Source: Rhodospirillaceae bacterium (GTDB lineage: Bacteria > Pseudomonadota > Alphaproteobacteria > Rhodospirillales > Rhodospirillaceae). Taken from it: DNA of 64,000 bases. Under the pieces are notes generated by a model, which was given only the letters and a program-made list of their open reading frames with translations, was not told the DNA's origin and ran no database searches. The number at the start of each line of letters is the position of its first letter. The stretch's first letter is position 1. Shown piece by piece: positions 9,608-19,236 of this stretch. A program made the position numbers and the translations under genes. The DNA lies in assembly GCA_041905795.1 (NCBI GenBank), contig JAYRKL010000007.1, positions 112,572 through 176,571 on the forward strand. The letters run 5' to 3'.

Positions 9608-10870
9608 ATGCACCTTCAGGAATTGAAGCGTAAATCCCCAGCCGAATTGCTGGCGTTCGCGGAAGAACTCGGCATCGAGAACGCATCCAACCTGCGCCGG
9701 CAGGACCTGCTGTTCGCGATCCTCAAGATCCTGGCCGAGAAAGACACCTCCATCGACGGCGACGGGGTACTGGAGATCCTGCAGGACGGCTTCGGCTTTC
9801 TGCGTTCGCCCGAGGCCAATTACCTGCCCGGCCCCGACGACATCTATGTCTCGCCCAGCCAGGTGCGGCGCTTCGGCCTGCGTACGGGGGATACCGTGGA
9901 AGGCGGGATCCGCGCGCCCAAGGACGGCGAGCGCTATTTCGCCCTGCTCAAGGTCAACACCATCAATTTCGAGGACCCGGACAACGTTCGTCACCGCATC
10001 AACTTCGACAACCTGACGCCGCTCTATCCCGACGAGAAGTTGAAGATGGAAGTCGAGCAGAAGGACACCAAGAATAAGGACCTGACCGGGCGCGTCATCG
10101 AACTGGTCTCACCGCTGGGCAAGGGCCAGCGCGCGCTTATCACCGCGCAGCCGCGCACCGGCAAGACCATCATGCTGCAAAGCATCGCCAACGCCATCGC
10201 CGCCAACCACCCGGAAGTCTACCTGATCGTTCTCCTGATCGACGAACGTCCGGAAGAAGTCACCGACATGGACCGCACCGTGAAGGGCGAGGTCGTCAGC
10301 TCCACCTTCGACGAACCGGCGTCGCGCCACGTGCAAGTGGCGGAAATGGTGATCGAGAAGGCCAAACGCCTGGTCGAACACAAACGCGACGTGGTGATCC
10401 TGCTCGACTCCATCACCCGCCTCGCGCGCGCCTACAACACCGTGGTGCCGTCCTCTGGTAAGGTGCTCACCGGCGGCGTGGACGCCAACGCCCTGCAGCG
10501 CCCCAAGCGGTTCTTCGGCGCCGCGCGCAATATCGAGGAAGGCGGGTCGCTGACCATCATCGCCACGGCGCTGATCGATACCGGCAGCCGCATGGACGAA
10601 GTGATCTTCGAAGAATTCAAGGGCACCGGTAACTCGGAAATCGTCCTCGACCGCAAGCTCTCGGACAAGCGCGTGTTCCCGTCCATCGACATCACCAAGT
10701 CGGGTACCCGCAAGGAAGAGCTGCTGGTCAAGCAGGCCGATCTCTCGAAGATGTGGGTCCTGCGCCGCATCCTCGATCCCATGGGCGTCCAGGACGGCAT
10801 GGAATTCCTCTTGGACAAACTGCGCGAGTCCAAGAACAACGGCGACTTCTTCGACCGTATGAACAAATAG
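9608..10870 (+). CDS. rho: Transcription termination factor Rho
   Basis: Full-length Rho: N-terminal '[25 protein letters not shown]', Walker A 'AQPRTGKT', and '[15 protein letters not shown]'. Confidence 0.97.
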   Translation: MHLQELKRKSPAELLAFAEELGIENASNLRRQDLLFAILKILAEKDTSIDGDGVLEILQDGFGFLRSPEANYLPGPDDIYVSPSQVRRFGLRTGDTVEGGIRAPKDGERYFALLKVNTINFEDPDNVRHRINFDNLTPLYPDEKLKMEVEQKDTKNKDLTGRVIELVSPLGKGQRALITAQPRTGKTIMLQSIANAIAANHPEVYLIVLLIDERPEEVTDMDRTVKGEVVSSTFDEPASRHVQVAEMVIEKAKRLVEHKRDVVILLDSITRLARAYNTVVPSSGKVLTGGVDANALQRPKRFFGAARNIEEGGSLTIIATALIDTGSRMDEVIFEEFKGTGNSEIVLDRKLSDKRVFPSIDITKSGTRKEELLVKQADLSKMWVLRRILDPMGVQDGMEFLLDKLRESKNNGDFFDRMNK

Positions 10871-10890
10871 CCCGTCACAGGGCTCAAATG

Positions 10891-10926
10891 AAACGGGCCG
10901 ATCTGGTGATCGGCCCGTTTTGTTTT
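10891..10926. terminator. Bidirectional intrinsic terminator between convergent rho and qor
   Basis: Perfect 13-bp stem AAACGGGCCGATC / GATCGGCCCGTTT with loop TGGT. It is followed by TGTTTT on the plus strand and by TTTCATTTG on the minus strand. Confidence 0.8.
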
Positions 10927-11920
10927 ACACCACGAGGATCGTAGATCCTGTTGTCTTACGCGACTCCAGATCGGTGTGGGCTCTGCCCGCCTGGTCGAGG
11001 GGATAGGACTGTCCTACGTCGATCTTCACATGGCCTTTGCCGACCACGTCGAACAGTTCATCGGCGGCACGCTCATATTCGTCGCGCTGGGCGATATAGT
11101 CGCCAAGCCGTGGGCGGGTGAGGAACAGTGAGCCTTTGCCGGCGAGGATCGCGGGCTCCATGGCAGGCACGGGCCCCGAGGCGTTGCCGAATGTGCACAT
11201 GATGCCGCGGCGCGCCAGGCAGTCGAGCCCGCCGGCGAAGGTGTCTTTACCGACACCGTCATAGACCAACGGAACGCCTTTGCCATGGGTGAGCTGCTTC
11301 ACTTTGGCGACCCAGTCTTCCTGTTTGTAAAGGATGGTGTGATCACAGCCCGCGGCTTTGGCGAGCTTGGCTTTGTCTTCGGAACCGACGGTGCCGATGA
11401 CGGTGGCGCCGAGATACTTGGCCCACTGGCAGAAGATCAGGCCGACCCCGCCGGCGGCGGCGTGGAATAAAACCGTATCGCCGGGCTTCACCACATAGAG
11501 CGCACGGATCAGGTACCAGACCGTGAGGCCGCGCAACATCATGCCGGCGACGGATTCATCTTTAATGCCCGCCGGCACCTTCACCACACTGGCGGCCGGG
11601 ATCAGGCGCGTTTCCGCATAACCGCCTGTCGGCCCATTGCCGTAAGCGACACGGTCGCCTTCCTTGATGCCGGTAACGCCAGCGCCGACCGCTTCAACGA
11701 TGCCGACGCCTTCCTGGCCAGGGATGAACACGCCGGCCGGAAACCCGGCGGCGGGCGCCGCTTTATAAAGTCCGGTGCGGAAATAAGTGTCGATGAAGTT
11801 CACGCCGATGGCGCTCTGGCGCAGCTTGATCTCGCCGGGGCCAGGCGCGCCAACCGTGATGTCTTCCAGCTTCAGAACTTCCGGGCCGCCGTTGGCCCGC
11901 ACGACGATGGCTTTGGTCAC
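10925..11920 (-). CDS. qor: NADPH:quinone oxidoreductase (zinc-type alcohol dehydrogenase superfamily)
   Basis: '[34 protein letters not shown]' and 'AAAGGVGLI' are typical of Qor. Confidence 0.87.
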   Translation of the reverse strand: MTKAIVVRANGGPEVLKLEDITVGAPGPGEIKLRQSAIGVNFIDTYFRTGLYKAAPAAGFPAGVFIPGQEGVGIVEAVGAGVTGIKEGDRVAYGNGPTGGYAETRLIPAASVVKVPAGIKDESVAGMMLRGLTVWYLIRALYVVKPGDTVLFHAAAGGVGLIFCQWAKYLGATVIGTVGSEDKAKLAKAAGCDHTILYKQEDWVAKVKQLTHGKGVPLVYDGVGKDTFAGGLDCLARRGIMCTFGNASGPVPAMEPAILAGKGSLFLTRPRLGDYIAQRDEYERAADELFDVVGKGHVKIDVGQSYPLDQAGRAHTDLESRKTTGSTILVV

Positions 11921-11929
11921 GGTATGTCC

Positions 11930-12421
11930 TTATTCCAGGGATTCAAATAGCGGCAAGGCGGGCCCAAGGCCGGAAACAGGAGGATAACCTTCGAGCCGGA
12001 GGAGAACGAGTTTGGTGTCGACGCCGCCATCGCCGGAGTAACCGCCCATGCCCGCGGTACCGACGACGCGGTGGCAGGGGATGATGACAGGGATGGGATT
12101 GCGGCCGCAGGCGGTGCCGACCGCCCGGGCGCTCGCCTTCAGGCGTCTGGAGATTTCGCCGTAGGTCAGCACCTGCCCGGCGGGAATCTCGCACATGATC
12201 TTCCACACGGCGCGGTGGAAAGCCGTGCCGTTGGGATTCAGGGGCAGGTCGAAATCTCCGCGTTTGCCGTCAAAGTAGTCCTCCAGCTGGCGGCGCGCTT
12301 CCACCAGCACCGGGGTTTCGTCCTGGTCGCGTCCCCAGCCCCAATCGAGCGCGACGATCTTTTCATCTTCGGCGCTGACGGTGAGGTCGCCGATGGGCGA
12401 ATGCAGGGAAAGTTGCGGCAT
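11930..12421 (-). CDS. ogt: Methylated-DNA--protein-cysteine methyltransferase
   Basis: Active-site 'IPCHRVVG' and 'LTYGEISRRL' motifs. Confidence 0.88.
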   Translation of the reverse strand: MPQLSLHSPIGDLTVSAEDEKIVALDWGWGRDQDETPVLVEARRQLEDYFDGKRGDFDLPLNPNGTAFHRAVWKIMCEIPAGQVLTYGEISRRLKASARAVGTACGRNPIPVIIPCHRVVGTAGMGGYSGDGGVDTKLVLLRLEGYPPVSGLGPALPLFESLE

Positions 12422-12522
12422 ACACCCAGCGTAGCAGAGGCCGACGTCAAATGCTGCCTCGTGGACAGGTCATCGCTCAACCCCTACCCTGAAGCGTCTT
12501 TGGATGACTGGGAGGATCAGCC

Positions 12523-12762
12523 ATGAAAGTCTCGATCGACGTGGAATGCAGCCCCGAGGAAGCCCGCGCCTTCTTTGGGCTGCCCGACGTACGCCCGCTC
12601 CAGGAAAACATGCTCGCCCAGATGCAGGCGCAGATGCAGAAGGTCGCCGCCAATATGGACCCCGAGACCGCCTTCAAGGCGCTGTTCCCGCTGCAAACCG
12701 AGAGCTTCACGGAAATGCAGAAAGCCTTCTGGGGCCAGTTCACGGGCAAATCCGACAAGTAG
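12523..12762 (+). CDS. Small conserved-looking hypothetical protein (79 aa)
   Basis: GGGAGGA Shine-Dalgarno sequence 7 nt upstream of the ATG and GC-rich third codon positions. The stop lies 4 nt before the mnmE GTG. No function recognised. Confidence 0.6.
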   Translation: MKVSIDVECSPEEARAFFGLPDVRPLQENMLAQMQAQMQKVAANMDPETAFKALFPLQTESFTEMQKAFWGQFTGKSDK

Positions 12763-12766
12763 CGGC

Positions 12767-14089
12767 GTGAAACCCACCATCTTCGCGCTGGCGTCGGGGC
12801 AAGGCCGCGGCGGTGTCGCCGTCATCCGGCTGTCGGGGCCCGGCGCGGGCGAAGCCGTACACCGCCTGGCCGGCGCCGTACCGCCGCCGCGCCTGGCCAC
12901 CCGCGCTACCTTGACCGATCCGCGCACGGCCGAGGTTCTCGATCACAGCCTGCTGTTATGGTTTCCCGCACCGCGCAGTTTCACCGGCGAGGACGTGGCT
13001 GAATTTCAAATCCACGGCGGGCGCGCGGTGATCGACAGTGTGCTGACGGCTCTCGGCGCCATTCCCGGCTTGCGTCCGGCGGACCCCGGCGAGTTCACGC
13101 GGCGCGCTTTTGAACACGGCAAGATGGATCTGACCCAGGCCGAAGCGCTGGCCGATCTGGTGGACGCCGAGACGGCGGCCCAGGCGCGCCAGGCCTTGCG
13201 CCAGATGGGCGGTGCCCTGAAAGAGCTTTACGACGGCTGGCGTACGCGGCTGGTGAAAGCGCTGGCGCATCTGGAAACCGTGATCGATTTTCCCGACGAA
13301 GATCTGCCGGCCGATGTGGCCGAGCGTCTCTGGGCGGAGGTCCTGCGTCTTGCGCAGGATGTCGAACGGCATCTCGACGACGGCGGCCGCGGCGAACGTA
13401 TCCGCCAGGGCCTCGCTGTCGCCATCGTCGGCGCGCCCAATGCCGGCAAGTCGAGTTTGCTGAATGTGCTGGCTGGCCGCGACGCCGCCATCGTCACCGC
13501 CACGCCCGGAACCACGCGGGATGTGATCGAGGTGCACCTGAACCTCGCCGGTTTCGCGGTCACTCTGGCCGATACCGCCGGCTTGCGCGACAGCGCCGAC
13601 GCCATCGAACAGGAAGGCATCCGCCGCGCCCGTCTCACCGCCGCCGCCGCCGATGTGAAGATCGCGGTATTCGACGGCACGCAAGGCGGCGATGCGCCGA
13701 CCGCGGCGCTGGTGGACGCTGATACGGTGGTGGTGATCAACAAGGGTGATTTACTCGCCGCGCCGCCGGCGATGGTGGGGCATGTGATTTCAGGCCATGT
13801 GATCTCGGCCAGGACCGGCGCGGGCGTGACCGAGTTCCTGACCGCGCTGACGGAGAAAGTGAAAGCCAAGATCGGCGGCCAGGCGGCGGCCCCCCTGACC
13901 CGGGCCCGTCACCGCCGGGCGCTGGAGGAGTGCGCCAAAGCGTTGCGCGGCGCCCTGGCCGCGCCGCTACCGGAACTGGCGGCCGAGGATTTGCGTCTGG
14001 CAGCCCGGGCTCTGGGCCGGATCACCGGCCAGGTGGGTGTGGAAGAGGTGCTCGACGTGGTGTTCCGGGATTTCTGTATCGGCAAGTGA
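12767..14089 (+). CDS. mnmE: tRNA modification GTPase MnmE
   Basis: 'IFALASGQGRGGVAVIRLSG', G1 'GAPNAGKSSL', G3 'DTAG' and C-terminal 'FCIGK'. A GTG start at 12767 is inferred. The 504-aa track ORF extension overlaps the preceding small gene. Confidence 0.92.
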   Translation: MKPTIFALASGQGRGGVAVIRLSGPGAGEAVHRLAGAVPPPRLATRATLTDPRTAEVLDHSLLLWFPAPRSFTGEDVAEFQIHGGRAVIDSVLTALGAIPGLRPADPGEFTRRAFEHGKMDLTQAEALADLVDAETAAQARQALRQMGGALKELYDGWRTRLVKALAHLETVIDFPDEDLPADVAERLWAEVLRLAQDVERHLDDGGRGERIRQGLAVAIVGAPNAGKSSLLNVLAGRDAAIVTATPGTTRDVIEVHLNLAGFAVTLADTAGLRDSADAIEQEGIRRARLTAAAADVKIAVFDGTQGGDAPTAALVDADTVVVINKGDLLAAPPAMVGHVISGHVISARTGAGVTEFLTALTEKVKAKIGGQAAAPLTRARHRRALEECAKALRGALAAPLPELAAEDLRLAARALGRITGQVGVEEVLDVVFRDFCIGK

Positions 14090-14129
14090 TTGGCGGCCTG
14101 GGCGGTTTGGGGATATAAGGCCCGCCGAG

Positions 14130-14151
14130 ATATCCACAGAGGATATCCACA
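14130..14151 (+). promoter_or_regulatory. Two tandem DnaA-box-like 9-mers (ATATCCACA x2) in the mnmE-mnmG spacer
   Basis: 'gAGATATCCACAG aGGATATCCACAG'. Boxes at 14130-14138 and 14143-14151 each match 8/9 to TTATCCACA. They are in the same orientation, 13 bp apart, and end 8 nt before the mnmG ATG. Confidence 0.6.
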
Positions 14152-14158
14152 GGGTCTT

Positions 14159-16042
14159 ATGTCGATTTCCTCGCGATACGATGTGATCGTCGTCGGCGGC
14201 GGCCACGCCGGGACTGAAGCTGCGGCCGCTTCGGCCCGCTTCGGCGCCAAGACCCTGTTGATCACCCATAAGACCGAGACCATCGGTCAGATGTCCTGTA
14301 ACCCCGCCATCGGCGGTTTGGCCAAGGGCCACCTGGTCCGCGAGATCGACGCCTTCGACGGCATCATGGGCCGGGCCATCGACCGGGGCGGAATCCAGTT
14401 CAAAGTCCTCAACCGCTCCAAGGGCCCCGCCGTCCGCGGACCCCGGGCCCAAGCCGACCGACGCTTCTATAAGCAAGCCGTTCAGGACCTCCTGGCCGAA
14501 CAGGTCAACCTCACCATCCAGGCCGGCACCATCGAAGACCTGCTGTTCGATGGGTCTGGCCGCGTCTCCGGGGTGGTCACCGGCGCCGGCGAGCGCATCG
14601 CCTGCGGCGCCGTGGTGCTGACCACCGGCACCTTCCTGAGCGGCTTGATCCACCAGGGCGAAAAGCGCATCCCCGCCGGGCGCCTCGGCGAAGCGCCCGC
14701 CCTCGGACTATCTAATACGTTGAAATTAAAGGATTTTTTAGTTGGCCGGCTGAAGACCGGCACGCCGCCGCGGCTCGACGGCCGGACCATCGATTGGGCC
14801 AGCCTGGAGGTTCAGGAGGGCGACACTCCGCCGGAGCCGTTCTCTTTCCTGACAGACCGCATCACCACCCCTCAGGTCACCTGCGGCATTACTTATACGA
14901 CTCCCGAGAGCCATGCCCTGATCCTGGCCAATAAGCACCGGGCACCGATGTACAACGGCCAGATCCAGAGCACCGGCCCCCGCTATTGCCCCTCCATCGA
15001 AGACAAGGTGGTGCGTTTCGCCGACCGCGACCGGCACCAGATCTTCCTGGAGCCCGAGGGCCTGGATGATCCCACCGTCTATCCCAACGGCATCTCCACC
15101 TCCCTGCCGGAGGACGTCCAGCTCCAGCTGCTCAAGACCATCCCCGGTCTGGAGCGGGCCGTCATGCTCCAGGGCGGCTATGCCATCGAGTATGACTTCG
15201 TCGATCCGCGGGAGCTGTGGCCGAGCCTGGAAACCAAGAAGGTCAAGGGTCTGTATTTCGCCGGCCAGATCAACGGTACCACCGGCTATGAGGAAGCGGC
15301 CGGCCAGGGCCTGCTGGCCGGGCTCAACGCCGCCCGGGCCGTTTCCGGCGCCGCCCCGGTCTCGGTCGACCGCGCCGAAGGCTATCTCGGCGTCATGGTT
15401 GACGACCTCACCACGCTTGGCACTGCCGAGCCCTACCGCATGTTCACCTCCCGGGCCGAATACCGGTTGCTGCTGCGGGCGGATAACGCCGATCTCCGCC
15501 TGACCCCGAAAGCCATGGCCGCCGGCTGTGTCGGCGCCGCGCGCCAGGCCCATTTCACCGCCAAGGCCGCGGCTTTGGCCGAAGCCCGGGCGGCTTACGG
15601 TGGACTCAAGGTGTCGCCGTCGGAATTGGCGGCCAAGGGTGTGCCGGTGAACCAGGACGGAGTCCGCCGCAGCGGGATCGAACTTCTGGCCCTGCCCGGC
15701 ATGTCCATCGCCCGTCTCCGTGAGCTGTTCCCAGCCCTGCCGGCCCCCCGCGCCGATATCGCCGAGCAGCTGGAGATCGAAGGCCGCTATACCGGATATA
15801 TAGAGCGTCAGACCGCCGACATTCACGCCTTCCGCAAGGACGAGGCTCTGATTCTCCCCGCCACCCTAGACTTCGCCCAGGTCGGGGGGCTTTCCACCGA
15901 AGTCCGGCTGAAACTCCAGGCCGCCCGGCCCGCCACCCTGGGCGCCGCCGCCCGTATCCCGGGGATCACCCCGGCGGCCCTGACCGCTCTGCTCCGCCAT
16001 GTCCGCCGGAAGGATGCGGGAGATGTGGCCCGGTCCGCCTAG
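14159..16042 (+). CDS. mnmG: tRNA uridine 5-carboxymethylaminomethyl modification enzyme MnmG (GidA)
   Basis: '[16 protein letters not shown]' FAD-binding fold and full-length GidA-like sequence. Start at the ATG for MSISSRYD. Confidence 0.96.
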   Translation: MSISSRYDVIVVGGGHAGTEAAAASARFGAKTLLITHKTETIGQMSCNPAIGGLAKGHLVREIDAFDGIMGRAIDRGGIQFKVLNRSKGPAVRGPRAQADRRFYKQAVQDLLAEQVNLTIQAGTIEDLLFDGSGRVSGVVTGAGERIACGAVVLTTGTFLSGLIHQGEKRIPAGRLGEAPALGLSNTLKLKDFLVGRLKTGTPPRLDGRTIDWASLEVQEGDTPPEPFSFLTDRITTPQVTCGITYTTPESHALILANKHRAPMYNGQIQSTGPRYCPSIEDKVVRFADRDRHQIFLEPEGLDDPTVYPNGISTSLPEDVQLQLLKTIPGLERAVMLQGGYAIEYDFVDPRELWPSLETKKVKGLYFAGQINGTTGYEEAAGQGLLAGLNAARAVSGAAPVSVDRAEGYLGVMVDDLTTLGTAEPYRMFTSRAEYRLLLRADNADLRLTPKAMAAGCVGAARQAHFTAKAAALAEARAAYGGLKVSPSELAAKGVPVNQDGVRRSGIELLALPGMSIARLRELFPALPAPRADIAEQLEIEGRYTGYIERQTADIHAFRKDEALILPATLDFAQVGGLSTEVRLKLQAARPATLGAAARIPGITPAALTALLRHVRRKDAGDVARSA

Positions 16043-16056
16043 AAGGTGCGTTAACT

Positions 16057-16072
16057 TGTTTCACGTGAAACA
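16057..16072. promoter_or_regulatory. parS centromere-like site 1
   Basis: Exact 16-bp palindrome TGTTTCACGTGAAACA flanked by GTTAAC...TTAAC arms. Confidence 0.9.
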
Positions 16073-16104
16073 TATTAACGCCGCTGCGGCCAGGCTCGTT
16101 AACC

Positions 16105-16120
16105 TGTTTCACGTGAAACA
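16105..16120. promoter_or_regulatory. parS centromere-like site 2
   Basis: Exact TGTTTCACGTGAAACA within GTTAACCTGTTTCACGTGAAACAAGTTAAC. Confidence 0.9.
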
Positions 16121-16148
16121 AGTTAACGTCCTCCCAACTCTGTTAACC

Positions 16149-16164
16149 TGTTTCACGTGAAACA
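16149..16164. promoter_or_regulatory. parS centromere-like site 3 (overlaps the putative rsmG start codon)
   Basis: Exact TGTTTCACGTGAAACA within the same 30-bp unit as site 2. The only in-frame start candidate for rsmG, GTG at 16157, lies inside it. Confidence 0.9.
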
Positions 16165-16825
16165 AGTTAACGCCGCCCCCTACGGCTCCGCCGATTTCCA
16201 GCGCGACCTGAAGGTTTCCTCCGAAACCCTCCAGCGCCTCGAAGCCTATGCCGCCCTGCTCCAGACCTGGAACAAAACCACCAACCTGGTGGGCCCGACG
16301 ACGATCCCCGACCTGTGGTTCCGGCATATGCTGGACTCCGCCCAGCTTTATCCCTTCACCCAGGACAGCCCTAGTCTGGTGGACCTGGGCTCAGGCGCCG
16401 GCTTCCCGGGATTGGTCCTAGCCATCCTGGGCCAGCGCGACGTCCATCTGGTGGAATCCGATCAGAAGAAAATAGCCTTTCTCCGAGAAGCGGCCCGGGT
16501 TTCCCAGACCAAAGTCACCCTCCACGCCGCCCGGATCGAGTCCCTTCAGGGCCTCCCCGGCGCCCTGATCACGGCCCGGGCGCTCGCGCCGGTGGCCCAA
16601 TTGCTGTCCCTGAGCGCCAAGATTGCGACACCCGAGACAAAATTTGTGTTCTTGAAGGGTCAAAATGTAGAGGTCGAATTGACCGAAGCCCACAAAATAT
16701 GGAGAATGGAGGCGGAATCACACGTCAGCCGGACGGATTCGACGGGTCGTGTGGTGATTTTGCGAGAGGTATCGCCCCATGAGCGACGCTCCCCAGACCC
16801 AACTTCCCCCCGCTCAACTTCCTGA
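16157..16825 (+). CDS. rsmG: 16S rRNA (guanine527-N7)-methyltransferase RsmG (GidB)
   Basis: 'LLQTWNKTTNLVG' and SAM motif 'LVDLGSGAGFPGLVLAI'. The start is uncertain (GTG inside parS3). The 3' end overlaps parA by 47 nt. Confidence 0.86.
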   Translation: MKQVNAAPYGSADFQRDLKVSSETLQRLEAYAALLQTWNKTTNLVGPTTIPDLWFRHMLDSAQLYPFTQDSPSLVDLGSGAGFPGLVLAILGQRDVHLVESDQKKIAFLREAARVSQTKVTLHAARIESLQGLPGALITARALAPVAQLLSLSAKIATPETKFVFLKGQNVEVELTEAHKIWRMEAESHVSRTDSTGRVVILREVSPHERRSPDPTSPRSTS

Positions 16826-17630
16826 GCAAAACCGGGCTAAGTCGAAGCCCCGGGTCATTGCTATCTCCAACCAGAAGGGCGGAGTCGGCAAGACCACGAC
16901 GGCGGTCAACCTGGCCACCGCCATGGCCGCGGTGAAGAAGCGGGTTCTGGTCATCGACCTGGATCCCCAGGGTAATGCCTCCACCAGCCTGGGCATCGAC
17001 CAGAAGCACCGGCCGGTCACCACCTATCACCTGCTGACCGGCACCGGCTCGGTCGCCGCCGCCATTGTCCCCACCGGCATCCCGAACCTCAGCGTCATCC
17101 CCGCCGGCGTCGATCTGGCCGCGGCGGAACTGGAGCTGGTGGACCTGGACAACCGTCACGCCAGACTCAAAGAAGCCATTTTAAATCAATATGATAGCTG
17201 GGATTTTGTGCTCATCGACTGCCCCCCGTCCCTGGGTCTTTTGACCCTGAACGCGCTGGTGGCGGCGGATGCCGTCCTGGTGCCGTTGCAGGCAGAATTC
17301 CTGGCGCTGGAAGGGGTTAGCCAGCTGGTCCGCACCATCGAGCGGGTCAAGAAGGCCTTCAACCCGGCCCTGGAACTCCAGGGCATCGTCCTGACCATGG
17401 TCGACAAGCGCAATAATCTTTCCGAAGCGGTGGAAGGCGACGTGCGCGGCTATTTCGGCCCCAAGGTCTACGACACCACCATCCCCCGCAATGTCCGGAT
17501 CTCCGAGGCGCCGTCCCACGGCAAGCCGGTCCTGATCTATGATCTTCACTCCAAGGGTTCGCGGGCTTACCTCGACCTGGCCGGCGAAGTGCTCAAGCGC
17601 GAACAAGGCCTGGCTGGCCTCGCCGCATGA
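16779..17630 (+). CDS. parA: Chromosome partitioning ATPase ParA
   Basis: Deviant Walker A 'ISNQKGGVGKTTTAVNLA'. Confidence 0.95.
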   Translation: MSDAPQTQLPPAQLPEQNRAKSKPRVIAISNQKGGVGKTTTAVNLATAMAAVKKRVLVIDLDPQGNASTSLGIDQKHRPVTTYHLLTGTGSVAAAIVPTGIPNLSVIPAGVDLAAAELELVDLDNRHARLKEAILNQYDSWDFVLIDCPPSLGLLTLNALVAADAVLVPLQAEFLALEGVSQLVRTIERVKKAFNPALELQGIVLTMVDKRNNLSEAVEGDVRGYFGPKVYDTTIPRNVRISEAPSHGKPVLIYDLHSKGSRAYLDLAGEVLKREQGLAGLAA

Positions 17631-18622
17631 ACGCCGATACCCCGAAACGTAAAAACCTCGGCCGGGGCCTCGAGGCCCTGTTCGGGGAACAGGAAACCTC
17701 GTCCCCTCTGGGCGAAGGTGTGGCCGCGCCGGCGGGAGCAACCGCAAATAGAATTCCTGTAGAGTTTCTCTCACCATCGCCTTTACAGCCCCGGCGTCAC
17801 TTTGACGAGTCGGCCCTCGCCGACCTCGCCGCCTCCGTCGCCGAAAAGGGCGTGCTGCAGCCGCTCCTGGTCCGGCCCGATTCGCAGAAACCCGGTCATT
17901 TCGAGATTATCGCCGGCGAGCGGCGCTGGCGCGCCGCGCAACGCGCCCAGGTCCACGAAGTCCCGGTGCTGGTGATCGAACTCACCGACGCCGAGACCCT
18001 CGAAGTCGCCCTGGTCGAAAATCTTCAGCGCCAGGATCTGTCGCCGATGGAAGAGGCGCGCGGCTATCAGCGCCTGATCGCCGAGTTCCAGCACACCCAA
18101 GACCAGGTCGCCAATGTGGTCGGCAAGGGCCGCACCGCCATCGCCAACGCGCTCAGGCTCCTCACCCTGCCCGACGCCGTGCAGGACATGATCGAGAAGG
18201 GGCAGCTCTCCATCGGCCAGGCGCGTCCGCTGATCGGGCGCAAAGACGCCGAAGAGATCGCGCGCATCGTGGTGAAAAAAGGATTGTCGGCGCGCCAGAC
18301 CGAGCGCTTGTCCAAAAACTTCGGCGTCAGCAAGGCAACCCGCACCGGCGTTGCTATACTAGCCAAAGACGCCGACACCGCCGCTCTCGAACAGAGCCTC
18401 GCCCAGGCGACGGGCTACAACGTCACTATCAGCTTCAACGGCAAAGGCGGCGAGGTCACCATCGCCTATGCCACGCTCGAGCAGCTCGATGACATCGTCA
18501 AGCGTCTGTCCAACGGCCCGCGCAAAGTCGTGGCCGACGACGATACCGATGAGTTGCCGACGGAAGAAGGCATCAGCGGCAGCGATATCGGTCACGCCGA
18601 AGATATCCAGCCGATCCGCTGA
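17627..18622 (+). CDS. parB: Chromosome partitioning protein ParB
   Basis: 'GRGLEALFG' and 'IIAGERRWRAAQ' ParB-box motifs plus an HTH region. The ATG overlaps the parA stop (ATGA). Confidence 0.95.
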   Translation: MNADTPKRKNLGRGLEALFGEQETSSPLGEGVAAPAGATANRIPVEFLSPSPLQPRRHFDESALADLAASVAEKGVLQPLLVRPDSQKPGHFEIIAGERRWRAAQRAQVHEVPVLVIELTDAETLEVALVENLQRQDLSPMEEARGYQRLIAEFQHTQDQVANVVGKGRTAIANALRLLTLPDAVQDMIEKGQLSIGQARPLIGRKDAEEIARIVVKKGLSARQTERLSKNFGVSKATRTGVAILAKDADTAALEQSLAQATGYNVTISFNGKGGEVTIAYATLEQLDDIVKRLSNGPRKVVADDDTDELPTEEGISGSDIGHAEDIQPIR

Positions 18623-18630
18623 CCTAAATC

Positions 18631-19236
18631 TTGCTGACGCCGGTCCCCTTTTATTTCCTGCGCCACGGCGAGACCGATTGGAATCGCCGCCGCGTCATGC
18701 AGGGCCATCGCGACATCCCGCTCAACGCTTGCGGTATCGAACAAGCGCGCGAAGTGGCGCCGGCGGTGGCGAAGCTGCCCATCGTCACGGTGTGCTGCAG
18801 TACCCTGGGCCGCGCCAAGCAGACCGCCGAGATCGTCAACACGCGCGCCGCACCCCTGGTCATCATCGACGATCTCAAGGAATGCGGCTTCGGCGTCTAC
18901 GAAGGCCAGGACGCCGGCGGCTCCTGGCGCGAAGGCTGGCGCAACGGTGACTCCATTCCCGGCGGAGAGTCCCTCGCCGACTACGCGGCGCGTCTCCTGC
19001 GCGGTTTCAACGCCGCGCTCACGCAGCCAGGCCCGGTGCTGATCGTCGGCCATGGCGGCAGCGTCTGGCCGCTAGAACGATTCGCCGGCATCGCCACGGG
19101 ACTGCGCATCGCCAACTGCGCGCTGTTCAGATTCGATCCGCCGTCGTCGGATGACGCGCCCTGGACCTACACGACCCTGGCCGAACCCGCGAGCCCGAGT
19201 GTCGCGATTGGTGAGGCGCAGCCGTCGGCGTTTTAG
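18631..19236 (+). CDS. Histidine phosphatase family protein (phosphoglycerate mutase-like)
   Basis: 'FLRHGETDWN' catalytic RHG motif. TTG start 8 nt after the parB stop. Confidence 0.8.
   Translation: MLTPVPFYFLRHGETDWNRRRVMQGHRDIPLNACGIEQAREVAPAVAKLPIVTVCCSTLGRAKQTAEIVNTRAAPLVIIDDLKECGFGVYEGQDAGGSWREGWRNGDSIPGGESLADYAARLLRGFNAALTQPGPVLIVGHGGSVWPLERFAGIATGLRIANCALFRFDPPSSDDAPWTYTTLAEPASPSVAIGEAQPSAF

Noticed and set aside
16051-16079. TTAA...TTAA flanks of the parS units as possible CtrA boxes.
   Set aside because: The spacing between the TTAA motifs is about 20 nt, not the 7 nt of the CtrA consensus TTAA-N7-TTAA.
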